A program made the position numbers and the translations under genes. From contig JARDVH010000106.1 of NCBI GenBank assembly GCA_030324005.1, positions 28,197,315 to 28,261,314 on the forward strand: a stretch of DNA of 64,000 bases, in the 5' to 3' direction. Under the pieces are notes generated by a model. That model was not told the DNA's origin. It did not search any database and saw nothing but the letters and a program-made list of their open reading frames with translations. Positions within the stretch are counted from its first letter, which is position 1. Every line of letters begins with the position of its first letter. The DNA comes from Negaprion brevirostris. Its lineage: Eukaryota. Shown in pieces: positions 48,215-61,794 of this stretch.

Positions 48215-49414
48215 ATGATTTCCAGAGTTCTTTTTACTGATGAGATTGCTTGCATTAATCCAGAGCACTGTATGCAAGTATGTGGCAGCAGGGCAGGTTG
48301 CTCAAATATTGCCTATCCACGATTAGCATTGGGAATCTTGCCTGTAGGTCTTCGAGGCCTAATGATGGCCGTCATGATAGCGGCTTTAATGAGTGATTTG
48401 GACTCCATATTCAATAGTGCCAGCACCATATTTACCCTTGATGTTTATAAGCATCTTCGGAAGGCTGCCAGCTCTCGAGAGCTTATGATAGTAGGTCGTC
48501 TGTTTGTTGTCTTCATGGTAGTTGTAAGCATTGCCTGGGTTCCTATAATTGTAGAGATGCAGGGAGGACAAATGTATCTTTACATTCAGGAGGTAGCAGA
48601 TTATCTCACCCCACCAGTGGCAGCATTGTTTCTTCTTGGTATTTTTTGGAAGCGCTGCAATGAACAGGGAGCTTTCTGTGGAGGGTTGGTTGGATCTATT
48701 TTGGGAATCACGCGCTTGATTCTTGCTTTTATATATCACACGCCGGAATGTGACCAGTCTGACACCAGACCAGGTTTTATCAGAAACATTCACTACATGT
48801 ATGTAGCAGCCATTTTGTTTTGGACCACTATTATCACAGCAGTAGTAGTGAGTCTGCTAACCCCTCCTCCTTTCAGAGAGCTGATTTCCAACACCACATT
48901 TTGGGCATTAAAAAACACAGAAATCACTGAAAGCTGCCAGAAGGAAGAATCTGATAAATTAACAGACAAAAGTTTGGTAGCATGTACTGATACCAGAAGT
49001 GCAGATATTTCTGATTCTAAACACAAAGAGGATGATTCCTCTCCACTGGCTGGTCAAATAGAATTAATTCTATTAATGCCCGAAAGTGGTGATCCCAAAT
49101 CTGTGAGCTCCACATGTATTGCTGAAGATCAGATACAAAATGACCGTTTTATAAATGGCCAAACAACTGTTGTGGACCAAATGGACAAAGAGGAACATGA
49201 CTTGCAAAGGAGAAACATATGGTGGCAATATTTTGATCAGTGTTGTGGAATCAAAAGTTACAGCATGAAAAAAACAGCAAAAGATTCTGTAGAAAATGAA
49301 GTTATTTCCTTAGAAATGTTGCAGGAGAGTCCAAAAATTAAATTCTCATTAAATGTTGGACTTGTTGTTGTATGGTCCATTGGCATATTCATGTTTATCT
49401 ATTTTTCTCTGTAA
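48215..49414 (+). CDS. SLC5A3: Second tandem SLC5A3-like paralog; partial, 5' part lost in the N gap at 48115-48214
   Basis: 399-aa open frame collinear with copy 1 from residue 318 (MISRVLFTDE...) to MFIYFSL*, with no stops or frameshifts. It starts exactly where a 100-N run ends, so the listed Met is an internal codon. Confidence 0.85.
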   Translation: MISRVLFTDEIACINPEHCMQVCGSRAGCSNIAYPRLALGILPVGLRGLMMAVMIAALMSDLDSIFNSASTIFTLDVYKHLRKAASSRELMIVGRLFVVFMVVVSIAWVPIIVEMQGGQMYLYIQEVADYLTPPVAALFLLGIFWKRCNEQGAFCGGLVGSILGITRLILAFIYHTPECDQSDTRPGFIRNIHYMYVAAILFWTTIITAVVVSLLTPPPFRELISNTTFWALKNTEITESCQKEESDKLTDKSLVACTDTRSADISDSKHKEDDSSPLAGQIELILLMPESGDPKSVSSTCIAEDQIQNDRFINGQTTVVDQMDKEEHDLQRRNIWWQYFDQCCGIKSYSMKKTAKDSVENEVISLEMLQESPKIKFSLNVGLVVVWSIGIFMFIYFSL

Positions 49415-50599
49415 AAATTAATACAGTGTGTTCCCATTTCCCTTGCCCTGAGATGATGTGCCCTTTTGTTTGGTCCAGTTTTGAAAAAGTTTAAAAAGTG
49501 TAAAGGTCAGGTTATAGTTTTGGAGTCGCTTTGGTTAAATGATGATGTATTTTTACATTTTTTTTTGTTTGTTGAATTAATATGTTTAGTTTGGAATGGT
49601 TTTATGTAATGAGACCAGCATTTTAAGACCCCCTGTCTGATGAAGCGGTATCTATTTTCTTCCTATTCTATTTTCTGCAGAATGCTGGCATATGTAGCTT
49701 TATAACTGACTGGAGTGAAGGATCTGAATTGATTTCAGATTGTAGCTGTTGCAACATAAATTCCCAAAACCAATATGCAACCCCACAATCTTGTATGAAT
49801 TGACCGTTGCTAATTAAAATCAGTCATACAATTTAGAAGTTAATTACTTTTCTTCATCCTGTGTATAATGTTGTTGCTGGAGTTGGAGAGTGAAGATGCA
49901 ACAGACTGATAGCTGTAAGAGAATAATGTGTGCAGGTTTCTGTATAAATTTCATTTAGAATGTTTTTTGGGACAAACAACAGTATAGGGTAAGGACAGTA
50001 GAAATATTGCTATTTGCAATTTGCGTTCTTCATAATACAAAAATGTTACTGGCATAGAAAAAAATCTAAAGCTTAAGTAAATCGTGCATCTCTTCTTCAG
50101 CACCTGGTGTATATTTTCTGAAAGTTTTGAAAATTGAAACTTGACAATCCAAACATCTAATTGTCCATCTCGCTATTGCCCAAATATTTCATTATGGCCC
50201 TATCTCTAACTCCATTCCTTTCAAGTTTTTGAACATGTCTCTTGCCTGCTGTGTGTTCATCGCTTCTGAAAGAACCTGCTTCAATCTGGTTGATGGTACT
50301 TGCCAAAATCTTGAATAACATTTCTGTAACTTCAATCATGATGCTTTATCTTTTGTAATTGCACATGGCTAATAATTACCTTCCAATGCCTTTTCTGTGG
50401 TTCTATCCAAAGCAATCCAGATGCAACAAGTGCATATTTAAAATGTTTTTCATCCATCTGTGAATTGTCGTGTGTAGTACTCCACTCCAAAAATCAATCT
50501 CCTGTTGATGGACGTGCTGTTTCTTGGCAATGTATATCATCTGCTAGGATAGGCTTCCTTCCATGTGTTTGAAGACTCTCAATTCTATCGCCACCAATT

Positions 50600-51355
50600 T
50601 TTTCAACCCGTTGAATGCCTTTTGTATCAATCAAGCAACTTTGGTTTGGAGGAGAAAACTAGGCACTTACAGGATTTATCAATGTGAAGATTATAGTTTT
50701 AGGCAGCTGCCATGAAGTATTGTTCCCTTGCTACTATTTCCTTTTTTTTGGTTTTTAACCTTGGTGTAATACTTAATACCAAGCAGTGCTTTTAAACCCT
50801 ACATTCTATACGTTGTTTACTTCCACATCAGCAATATTACATATCTTGGCTCCGATGTATGCTAAAACTCCTGTGTATCCCATTTACACTTCCATCTTAA
50901 CAATGATAATGTCCTCCTTGTTGGTCTGCTAACCTCCATTGATAACAAGCTATCTAAAACGCTGCTAGTCACCTGCATTCTCATTTGCCATCTCTTACAA
51001 TTTGCTGAACTCTAGTGACAAACTGACACCCCATGCTTATGGAATCATTGAATCAATTTACGTTCTTGTCCCACTCTGCAAGTTCCTTCAGCTTTAAAAC
51101 TCCTGAAAACTTGGCCCTCTGATTCATTCCTATACATTCTTGTGTTTCTCCTGTCACCATTTTTTGACTGCATCTGCTCGTTGGAACCTGTGACCTCTTC
51201 TGCCTTTTCATTTCTATGCCTCAAAATTCATCTTGGAACTTAACTCTTCAGTAAAGCTGTTTATCCCATCTCTCATTCCTTATGCCTCTGTGTTTTCATA
51301 GTGCAAAGCACTAGGGTTTTTTCTACATTTTGATGGCACTCAACAGATGCAGGTT
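50600..51355 (+). mobile_element. Possible ancient L2 fragment
   Basis: aaccttggtgtaatacttaat (NLGVILN-like) and an L2-type tail (aaagcactagggttttttctacattt...atgcaggtta). Confidence 0.35.
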
Positions 51356-54300
51356 ATTAATGCAGTTAATTCAGAACATTGTAAATTTTGCATTTGAGTT
51401 CTTAATTCAGTATTCCAACATCTTTACGTCAATTGACTGAAACTGTTGGGCTTAACTTGCTGAGGTGTCTTCAACCAGCTGAATTATTTAGCATTGCAGT
51501 TTGCCTGCTTAATCACAGTAAAGTCTTGTTTGTTCCTCTGTTGGAAAACACTCAAGGTGGCAGTTTAGGCTAAAATCCAGTGGACCATATTTTCAAAATT
51601 CTAATTTACAGAAGCAAATATTCAGTTGGATAATCAGCAGTTTTGAATATGGCTAAATGTCCAATCTTGTAGGCTTTGACGATTGAGGGCATTGTTTTAC
51701 TCCATGGAGTCTTGTTTCACTGATGTGAAAACGAACAAATATGTTTTGAAACTTAGCTGCAAGATGCTGGTTATTTTCTGACACATTTGAAAAAATCTCC
51801 TGTAATTACTTTTATGTCACGTAGTTTTGTCTAGAAGAGTTCAATGCCTGTTTTACATCTACAAACTTAATATGCAACAGGCATTTCAAACCCAAGAAGG
51901 AATTTCTGAAGCAAATAATCTGAGTTCATACATTTCCCACATGTGCTTCTTTGCCTTGCACCCATTCTTGAACAGACAACTGGATATTGTTTTGCATAAA
52001 TTTAACTTATTTTCTTGTCTTTTGCCTATCCTCCACTCTACTAAAAGCAGCAGTTAACAACATATCACTTTAAATTCACTATATATTGGTTTATCAAATT
52101 TTTATTTAGAGATGGTTTTAATACTTCCTTTGATTATTGAAATGTAACTAATTATAGAATAGTGTATTTTTGAACTTGGCATAAAAATGTAGTCTTTGGC
52201 AGTGCAAAGCTAAGTGTTCATTTTATTTGAAACTTATTAATCAGCATATGTTAGTGATACTTCAGAATGGACTGCAATGATTCACTAATGTACAGTATGG
52301 GAACTTCTGCAATTTGACACATTTTTGCTGTCAGTAATGTGAACAAGTTTTTTTTTCTAAGTAGACATTGTTTTTGGGGGAAGCAAGGGAAAAGAAAGGA
52401 AAATGGAACCACTCCTGTATTTAGTAACTAAGTCACTTTTTATTATGTGGCTGCAGACTAAGCATAATTAATGTGCTGGAAATTAGATGCACTAGGTTTT
52501 ATGACTTAATATTGGATACTTGCTAACCCATGTGGCTGACTTGTGTGCACATTGTGCATAAAGAGTTGAAAAAATTTAGTTTTTAAAAAAATGCTTTCAG
52601 TAGAGAAATTGAAGTTGGATTGTGCATCTTTCGTCATAACTTGGAAGAAAAGCTTACAATCAACTATATTTGAACCGTTCTTCTGGAAAAAGTGGTCAAT
52701 CTTAGGTGTCTGTCAACACAATGTATAAGTTGAGCATGGTACTCACTAGGTGGTTGAAACATCAAATGGCACTACCTTGTAACATTGCTGAATATTATTT
52801 ATNNNNNNNNNNNNNNNNNNNNNNNNNNNNNNNNNNNNNNNNNNNNNNNNNNNNNNNNNNNNNNNNNNNNNNNNNNNNNNNNNNNNNNNNNNNNNNNNNN
52901 NNTTATTTATGAAGACCATGATTAAAAAGGAAAGTGAGGAAAATAAATTATAAAGACAGGATATTTTTAGGCACCAGATATTATTTGCTTAATTTGATAT
53001 ACTGGCTTTGCAAAGACAGTACATCAAATTATTAATGAACTGCATTATGGGTATGTTAGCCATGTAACAGAAAAGTGTGTCCAGGCTCCCCTTTGTGATT
53101 TTGGATTCAATTGAATAGTTTGTTCAGTTTGGGTGCTACAAGGAATTTTTGATGCAGAATGCTAATATGCTTTGTTGGGTTGCTTTTTCGAGTATTTGAC
53201 TATTGATATGACTAGTGGTAAACTAGGAAAGTTACTTGGACTTGTGTGTTGGGTTAGAGGTATTGCGCTGCTTAGGGCTTTTGATGAATGGGAATATATT
53301 TGACAAGTATAACTTGGGTAATTTCTTTTGGAGGGTTTGGGATGATGAGTGAATTAGTAGTGGTAGGGCTAATCTCAATCCTAGATGTTCATTTTTTTTC
53401 TAGAAATCTAACTTTTATCCCTCATCCTAGTTCAGGAAGATTAATAGCCAAGATCACCCTCTGTTCGCTGTCCAGTTTTGAGGTGGGTGTTATCACCTGT
53501 TTGGCTGGGTGCATGAAACTGAGGAAGTGACAAGTCCAGTGATCCATAACCGTAATCCATAATTTCACAGTAGCGAAATACAAGAAAAAGATAAAAGTGG
53601 TTTGTGAGATCGAAACAGCTACGTTTTTAGGTTTTTGCAAAAAGCCTGTTTCTTGCAAACTTGTTTTTGCTACTATCAGTTACTTAGCACAAGATCCAAA
53701 AATTGGATACTATGATACTGTCACTTACCTTTTTGTCTCCCCATTATGTGGACATCTATTGATGACTACCCTGTTTGTTTCCTCAGAGGAAGAGGGACAC
53801 TGATGGTTTGCCAGATTGGCTAGCCAGCACAAGAAGTGCAAGACACTACACTTTTATATATTCAGGCATGAGATTATTAAAAATCAAAATGTTTTGGTTT
53901 ACAATTTTCTCAGAAGTAATGCTTCTGGCTGTACTCCATGAAGGAAGCAATCGGTGAATAATGCTAAATGCAGTAAGCTTTTCATTGAGTGCATCCCCCT
54001 TGAGGGTAAGAGATTTCCCAGATTTCTTGGCTGTCTTTTTTCAGATTTTAAAAAAAGGGTAAAGTTGGCTTCAGTAACTGAGATATACAGTGAAATCCAA
54101 GTGTTTGTATACTGCCGATTATGGTGATGCTCAAAGATGACGAGCAAAAATTGTATTCCACATGAAGATTATAGTATGATTGCATATACTGAGTGCAAGA
54201 GCATTTCCAGATGGAGATTAGATGTAAAGGGTACCATGCAGTCATCTGAGCATGGATAGTAAGTGAATAAAGTGTTTCAATATGATGAGGGGAGGTCATT

Positions 54301-57300
54301 GTTAGTGATTAAATATTTGTTTTAATGAAGTACATTCCTGGAAGATGTGGCTAACTTTTTATGCTCTATTAAAGGTTATTAAAGCACTTGTAGTGCTTCT
54401 GTAGAATAGTTGAGGTGACATTAAATCCATGATATTCTGTGTCTCAAACAGTGCCTCCCCTGTCCCTTCTTAACTGTTTCTTCCAGTTCAGAATCTAGTG
54501 GATTTTTAATCTGAACTGTCCTATTTGGTAATTTAATAGGAAATAATTTCTGTATTGCACCCAAAAGTGACAACTGTGTCCCTTTTTGAGAGGCAGCATG
54601 TTTGGGAGTTCTCAAAGATACGCAGCAGCTTAACACCTGGAACTCAGTTAATTTATACACAGATTTAGTGAGGTGAAGGTTTGAATGGCTGCTGCAATTC
54701 TGATGATAGTCATTAGCCGAAAGAAAAATTGACTTCAGGATCTTATGGTGGCTTCTTTGAGATCAACTAGTTGATTAGAAATGAGTGATCGTAACCCAGG
54801 ACATTGCTATTCTCGTCCATTTTACTTTGTCAAGCAAATTAAAACTAATCTATGTATAACCTCATGTAGATCTGGACACCTTTCCTTCACCTTGGTAAAT
54901 TCAATGCAGACGTCGGTCTTTAGGAATTTTAAAATTGTGCTCTAGTTCGGATTGATTGGCACTCTGCCTTAGATAGTGGCTCTCAGCTGGTTCATGAAGG
55001 TTGCTAAGTTAGCTTTATAATATTGTATTACAGAGTCTGCATATCAGTGATAGTGTACTGTTTTCTCCATTCACACAGGTTCTATTTCCATATTGACATG
55101 ATCCAGGTGTGTAACTTGCATGTGAATTATGTTCATTGCTACATTGTTGACTGTCTCTCTAACTGCTTCAGTCATCTTATCCTTAAACTCCTTATTGGGT
55201 AAATCTGACTATAGTTTGAGGGGAAAATGCTACATTATTTTAGGCAAATTTTCAGGACCCTATTGAGTCCAGTTAAGAATCCAATAAGATGTTTTTGTGT
55301 GAGCATTTCATAGCCTGTTTGGCTTTGCTTGCTGAATGCAGTTTAACCTGAAGCACACCTATCAGAGATGGAGCCTTGGTGAAATATGCTTTTGTTTTTA
55401 AACCAGGAGGAGATTTTAAATGCATTGGTCTCGGGTAAGATGGAGCATCTCCTCTAATTTTTATGAACAACGATAATAAGCATTGGAGCAAGTTTTTCCC
55501 ANNNNNNNNNNNNNNNNNNNNNNNNNNNNNNNNNNNNNNNNNNNNNNNNNNNNNNNNNNNNNNNNNNNNNNNNNNNNNNNNNNNNNNNNNNNNNNNNNNN
55601 NNNNNNNNNNNNNNNNNNNNNNNNNNNNNNNNNNNNNNNNNNNNNNNNNNNNNNNNNNNNNNNNNNNNNNNNNNNNNNNNNNNNNNNNNNNNNNNNNNNN
55701 NNNNNNNNNNNNNNNNNNNNNNNNNNNNNNNNNNNNNNNNNNNNNNNNNNNNNNNNNNNNNNNNNNNNNNNNNNNNNNNNNNNNNNNNNNNNNNNNNNNN
55801 NNNNNNNNNNNNNNNNNNNNNNNNNNNNNNNNNNNNNNNNNNNNNNNNNNNNNNNNNNNNNNNNNNNNNNNNNNNNNNNNNNNNNNNNNNNNNNNNNNNN
55901 NNNNNNNNNNNNNNNNNNNNNNNNNNNNGGTGGTGAGAGATGTGGATGCTGAAGGGAGAGGCTAAATTGCTTTGGTTTGTGTCAGATTCTTATTCTGTTT
56001 CAATTTCTGTAATACACTAATCTCGCTATAACAAACTTTTTGAAAGGACGCCAAACCACTTTGTAAAAAGTAATGTTTAGTAATTGCATCATTGCATAGA
56101 TCCATTTGGGTGGTGACTTCTGGGAAATACCAGGCAATTAAGAGTTTCTGTATGTTTGTGTACTTTACACCAGATTTAATTTTACTGTTCAGCTAAAGAT
56201 CTCTCCATTTTGATGTGAATAGAATTAATTATTTAGAGCGTTATTCTGAACGTATTGTTGATAGGTTAGTTTGTGCTGCGGGGTGGATCTTGCAACTGAT
56301 CTGCTTATCACTCGCCACTCCCCCATTAATCTTTGAAATCAATACGCTTAATGTGCTCTTAATAGCATACTAATATTTTAATTGGTGATGCATTACTTCT
56401 GAATGATGGAATGAAATTTTTTTGGTGTGAGTGAACAATAAATAAGGAACCAACCTTGTACACCTTGAAATAAATCTTAAGCTTATAAATGCGATTTAAA
56501 ATGGATTAGGTGATTTTAAAAATATTTGCATAAACCCAGAAAATCAACTTGATTTGGCACATTAGTTTGGGTCAAGATTTTGTATGGTCTCAGTTTAGGG
56601 GAAATTGACTCTCAATTATTACACCNNNNNNNNNNNNNNNNNNNNNNNNNNNNNNNNNNNNNNNNNNNNNNNNNNNNNNNNNNAGTTCTACAAGGTAACA
56701 GTCAACAATCAGAATATGTCAACCTGACTACACAAATATGGACAAATTGGAAGTTCTGAAAGACAAATGTACACTAGCGCACCCTCCATCCAGCTTTGTT
56801 TTTAAAAAAGCTTATTACTTTGTTACAGTTAATTTTATTTCAGTCAGCCTGCAATTTGCTTTAACAAATTTAAGTTTTATCATTTTGTTAGTGTTGTAGG
56901 GTTTTTAAAAAGCATCTGAAAAACCATACTTTGCAAATTTGTACGCTTTATAGGGTTTAAAATTAGCTACAGGTCTTTTGTGCAAAACAAACTATTTGTT
57001 CAAGCATAATTTTTTCGATTTGTATGCAAACTTCTAAGGTATATTTGAAGGAAACAACCCTTAAGCTGCTTTGATATCAAGGCTCAAATATTCATGTCCT
57101 GGTTTTCATGCTTCTTTAATTATGTAACATCCACACATTTTGTATAAAAATATGGATAAGAATATTTTGCAGTGGATGCTACTGAAGAACTTCATTGTGA
57201 AGGGAACAATGCACAAAAAGACCATGGTTGTCAAAGTTCTGGAAATGACTTGCATAAACTGCTTCCTTTTGTATTCCACAACCAGTTAAACTTTCCACTA

Positions 57301-59809
57301 AACAGAAAGGTTCACTTTGAATGTGGAAGATTGCATTTTTATTTTGAAGGTAAACTTTAAAATTTTCCTTGCTGGTACATTTACCTGACCCATTGGAGCA
57401 TCATTGAAAATGAACAATGTTGTCCTGAATATATGTATTCCAATATAGTATATAATCCATTTACACAATGTTGATAAAATGTTTAATGTTAGGTACATGT
57501 ATCATACCCATATTATTTTTAAGTTTTTAAAATCTGAGGTCTAGATGGTTTTATGTTGCTTTTAATTCTAGATTGACATTCAGATGAAAGCCAGTCTGGC
57601 CAAGGAGGTTTGATTAAATTCAGTGTTTAGCTTACTGAAGCATTGCTTTATGTGAATGAGAATCCATTGTTTACAGCCTATTCTAATTTTGAGCTATAAC
57701 TTAAGTAAGCAATTGATTTATATATGTGCAACTAGTGTGCACATGTAGAGAGACTGTGTTTTAATTATCAGGCTTTAACTAGTTGGAGTGTCTTTGGCAG
57801 TCAAATTTAAGTAGACCAGAGTGAAACAGATTGGCTGAGCACTTTTATTGTTCCCTGCAAAATTGTTTTAACAATTGTTCATAGTACAATGGTATCTCTT
57901 TTACTTTCAGGGGAAATATTTGTGGAGACTCTGAAGCCATACCAGGAAGCGCTTTGAAAGCCACGCTACTCATTAAAATTTAAAAACCAAAAAAACTGAC
58001 CAATCACAATCCTCTGAAGCAAAACAACTGAACACAATTTCCATTATGGAAATTCATTCCAGTTTTTCAAAAAAAAGGAACACAGTGTTCCGGGCAAAAG
58101 AAACTTGAACCATTGATAGGTTCTTTATCATTCCCAATGTTTGTATATACTGAGTTGTTTAAAGCCACCATATGCTAGCATCAGTCCCTAACCACTGTCC
58201 AGTGTGCTAAAATGATTGATTGTTGCCTTACGATTGGATGTCCATTAACCCATTTGATGTCCTAATGTGACAATTTAGTTGTTTCTCCAACTATTTGTTA
58301 TTTTACAAATTTTGTAAATTGATCCACTTTGGTAATACTTTACAGGATTGGTAAACTAATACTCTATTACTGACCAAGCCAATATATGTAGTTGTTTAGC
58401 TTCTCAAAAATTTGCTGATTCTGATCTCTGATTAATGAACTGCAGTACATTGGACCATATGTCTATGGCTACCCTTTCCTGTGAAAAAATTGCTGCTATC
58501 GTTTTGCGCTGCCTCTGTGGAGGTAGGTAATGTAGTTTATTTGATATAGAGGTTGCCTTCAGGCTAATAGCTATCATAATACCAAGTTAATGCATTAGAG
58601 ACTTTGTATATTTTTGATAAATTTCTGACCTGGACTACTTTGCTTTTATTAAGATATAACTTAGTTTAATTTACTTATTCTTAGATACTATTATATGCTT
58701 GCATGTGGAAGAGAGCGAATGAGGTAAATGGTACCAAATCAGTTCTCACTGGAATTATATTTTGTGGATTTTCACTTTGAAATTATAAATTACTTTAAAT
58801 TTCAGACATACTTATCTGACATATGTAGCTATGCGACAAATTTTGAGAATACAGTAATAAAACAAGTGCTAGTCAGCTGGATGGAATGCCAGTCAGTTAC
58901 TTAAGTGGCAATTACAGGTACTTCCTATTGAAATTGAGCTGGTTTAATTTATCAATTAGTCATAATGTTAACAGATTTGCTTCAGTTTACAGTATGTGGG
59001 GATCAGTTCTTTCGTATATTCTACAGGTTTACATTATCCAGAGCTGATTTAGAAGCAGACTAAATATGGTGCGTTGGTGCACAAAAGGAACAACAATAAC
59101 GCAAAGGTCAGACATTCTCCACTTTCTTTGGCAGATCCTATCAATCATAACTTGCAACCTGGCTGGTTGGGGTGGGTGGGTGCATGTATATGTGTTGTAT
59201 TGATATGTCTGGATGGGAGTGGTGGGGGATGTGGTCAGTGAAAGAGTGAAGCTGTCTATTGCTCACTACTCTTGCCATGGTGGCAAAGCGAGTTAAATTC
59301 TAGGGTCAAACCTTCTTTTAATCTGGGAGCAGTGGAAGAGGTACCAAACCTGTCCCCTAAGGCCCACGTTGTTTCTTCCTCTAATACTGTCCAGTATCTC
59401 TAGCTGGAAGTGCAGAGATGGATTTTGAATAAGGATATGGTCAGAAATTGGCTGTGACCATCCTCTCATATGTAGGCTTTTGCACAAAAAATTGAAACAT
59501 GAATAATGGCCACTTGAATAAGGTAGAAGAGAATACTTCTTTCTGTGGAACTGTGCCTCAGCAAGCAATTAACCCCTTTAGGAAATATTTGGTGGGATGA
59601 TAGATATCGTTGGTATACTTTTTATTGCATCAAAGCCCGCATGAACATACTTTAACAGGACTAGTCATTGATGGATTGTTCGCCCTTTAGTCCTGAAAAA
59701 GTGCAAAATCACTGAACTAGCTTTAAAATTTTCCAAATGCTTGCAGGTTTCCAGCAGGTGGTATCTGTTTACACAAAAGCTATGTCAATAAATCTGAAAT
59801 AAATGGGTG

Positions 59810-60920
59810 TTTAAAAAGAGTAAAAAAACAATGGAAAAGGAGATTATGGGCAACAGTAAGAAATCGTTAATTGCCAAGTGGAATATTTAAGGGACGCAAG
59901 TTGGATCCGAATACAGGAGTCAAGAAATGATGGGATGTGGCACATTTCTTAAATCAAGATTGTGAATTCATTGCAGAGACAATCGGTGATTTTGAGATCT
60001 AATGTGTTCAGATCAGTAAAGCGTTAAATGCCAGTAGAGCACCACGAGAGAAAAATGAAGGCATTAAAAGCCAGTATTGCATGAATAATGGATAAATGTT
60101 TCTGAGCAGAGACTAAATGGGATAAGACAGAAACAGGTGGTGCATTGGAAAAGACTTGTTAAATTCTGAATTTGAAGCTTTTAAAGATAAACTTTGGTGT
60201 ACTTAAAAACAAAATATCACAGATGGTGGAAATTGAAATTAAATCAGAAAATGCTGGAAATACTCAGGTTGAGTAGCATCTGTTGAGAGAGAAAGAGAAT
60301 TTGCGTTTTAGATTTACCCTTTCAACAAGTCACAGACTTGCTTGACCTGCTGAATATTTCTAGCATTCCTAGTTTTATTTATGGTGTCTTCACTGTTTTG
60401 ACTGAGATTGAGGTGCTGATAAATGTATATAGCTCTGTTGAGGCAAATATAAGTTTTGGAATTCTACAGGAAATTATTCTGAGTTTCCTGATATTCACAC
60501 TATTCCAAACCGTATGGAGGAGGGGCTGTAAAGAATGGAGTGGAGATATCTGACTATTCACTAAAACTATCCAATGAATATGAAATTGTTTACAATGATG
60601 GTCAACTAAGGAAATACATTTTTAAGATATCTGATTGTAAGACAATTATTTTAAATCTTATTGGTAAGATGTAAACAATGCATGCTATGTTGTATGCAGT
60701 TTTGGACACTTTTCCAGAGGATATTGATTAGCCAATGGGCTTGCCAGGGGTGTATCTAGCATTTGTATTATTGAGACTCACTGAATTAAACTGGAGAAAT
60801 GATTGGAGGAAAGATTTGAGAGGTAATATGATCCGTGTCTCTTCAAAACTCTGAAAGATATGGACAAGTGAGGAATTATTTTAAGATTTAATATTTGTGG
60901 GAGTACAGTATGATAAATTT
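59810..60920. mobile_element. Decayed CR1 with an inserted fold-back Penelope-like fragment (60205-60380)
   Basis: gtatgcagttttggacac is CR1 RT C-terminal-like; inverted repeat aaatgctggaaatactcagg / cctgctgaatatttctagcatt. Confidence 0.45.
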
Positions 60921-61794
60921 CCTCTGTTTCTTGATTTTATTCCTTCATTTGCTTGCTTGCCTGACCTGATTCCTCAGTACATGAGGTGGGTGCAAGGCTT
61001 GTTGACTGGGCATCATCAATACCCCTTGTAACTGACTGCAAGGAGGTACTAGGGACCATTCAGGTATGATTGACCTCTCTAATTTTCACTCCCCTTTCTG
61101 GGAAGAAACTTAGCTTCAAGTCCCACTAAACTCAGTTTCTGATTTGAGTCTATCCCTGTACTGTGGCATACAAATTATTTTGATTGCAGATAGAAAAGCC
61201 TCAGACAACATCAGTGGTGATATGTCCTTGGTAAATCTAACTGAACAGATTCCCACGATGCAGTTGCTGAGCTTGATGAACAGTTGATCTAGCATTGGGA
61301 ATTAAAAAATAAGAATCTCAATTGTTCCACTATATTGTATTTCCAGCCCTGTTGTGGCCATGGAATTGCGCAAAATACAATTAATTGGGGTACCTATTAC
61401 TTGATACAGTGGGGTCACTGCTGAAATTAGTCAAGTCAGGAACTGTTTGCTTCAGGAACTAAAACTCTATGTGACTGATTGGAAGTACAGTCTTGAATTG
61501 CTTTTTTTCTTGTTCAATGCTTTATAATGATGTATTTGTTTCAATTTAAAACATATTAAGGGCTCAAATTTTTCTTTTGTGCTCAACAGGAAAAAAATGT
61601 GCATTATGAGACACCAAATTTTAGAATTTTTTTTAGCAAGTGCAAGGCCATTGCATATCATTATGGTGAGAGTTATAGACCCTAAATCACTTTTGGGTTT
61701 TAATTCTGTGTTTAATTTGTTTCTTTTTTTAAATACAGGAGGTCCTCCTTCTGTTCCCAAGAGGGACCTGCTTTAAACCAATCCTAGTTATCAT

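Noticed and set aside
42245-49026. Several antisense ORFs overlapping both SLC5A3 CDSs, for example 135 aa at 43323-43730 and 48386-48793
   Set aside because: They are shadow frames of the sense CDS; their duplication simply mirrors the paralog identity.
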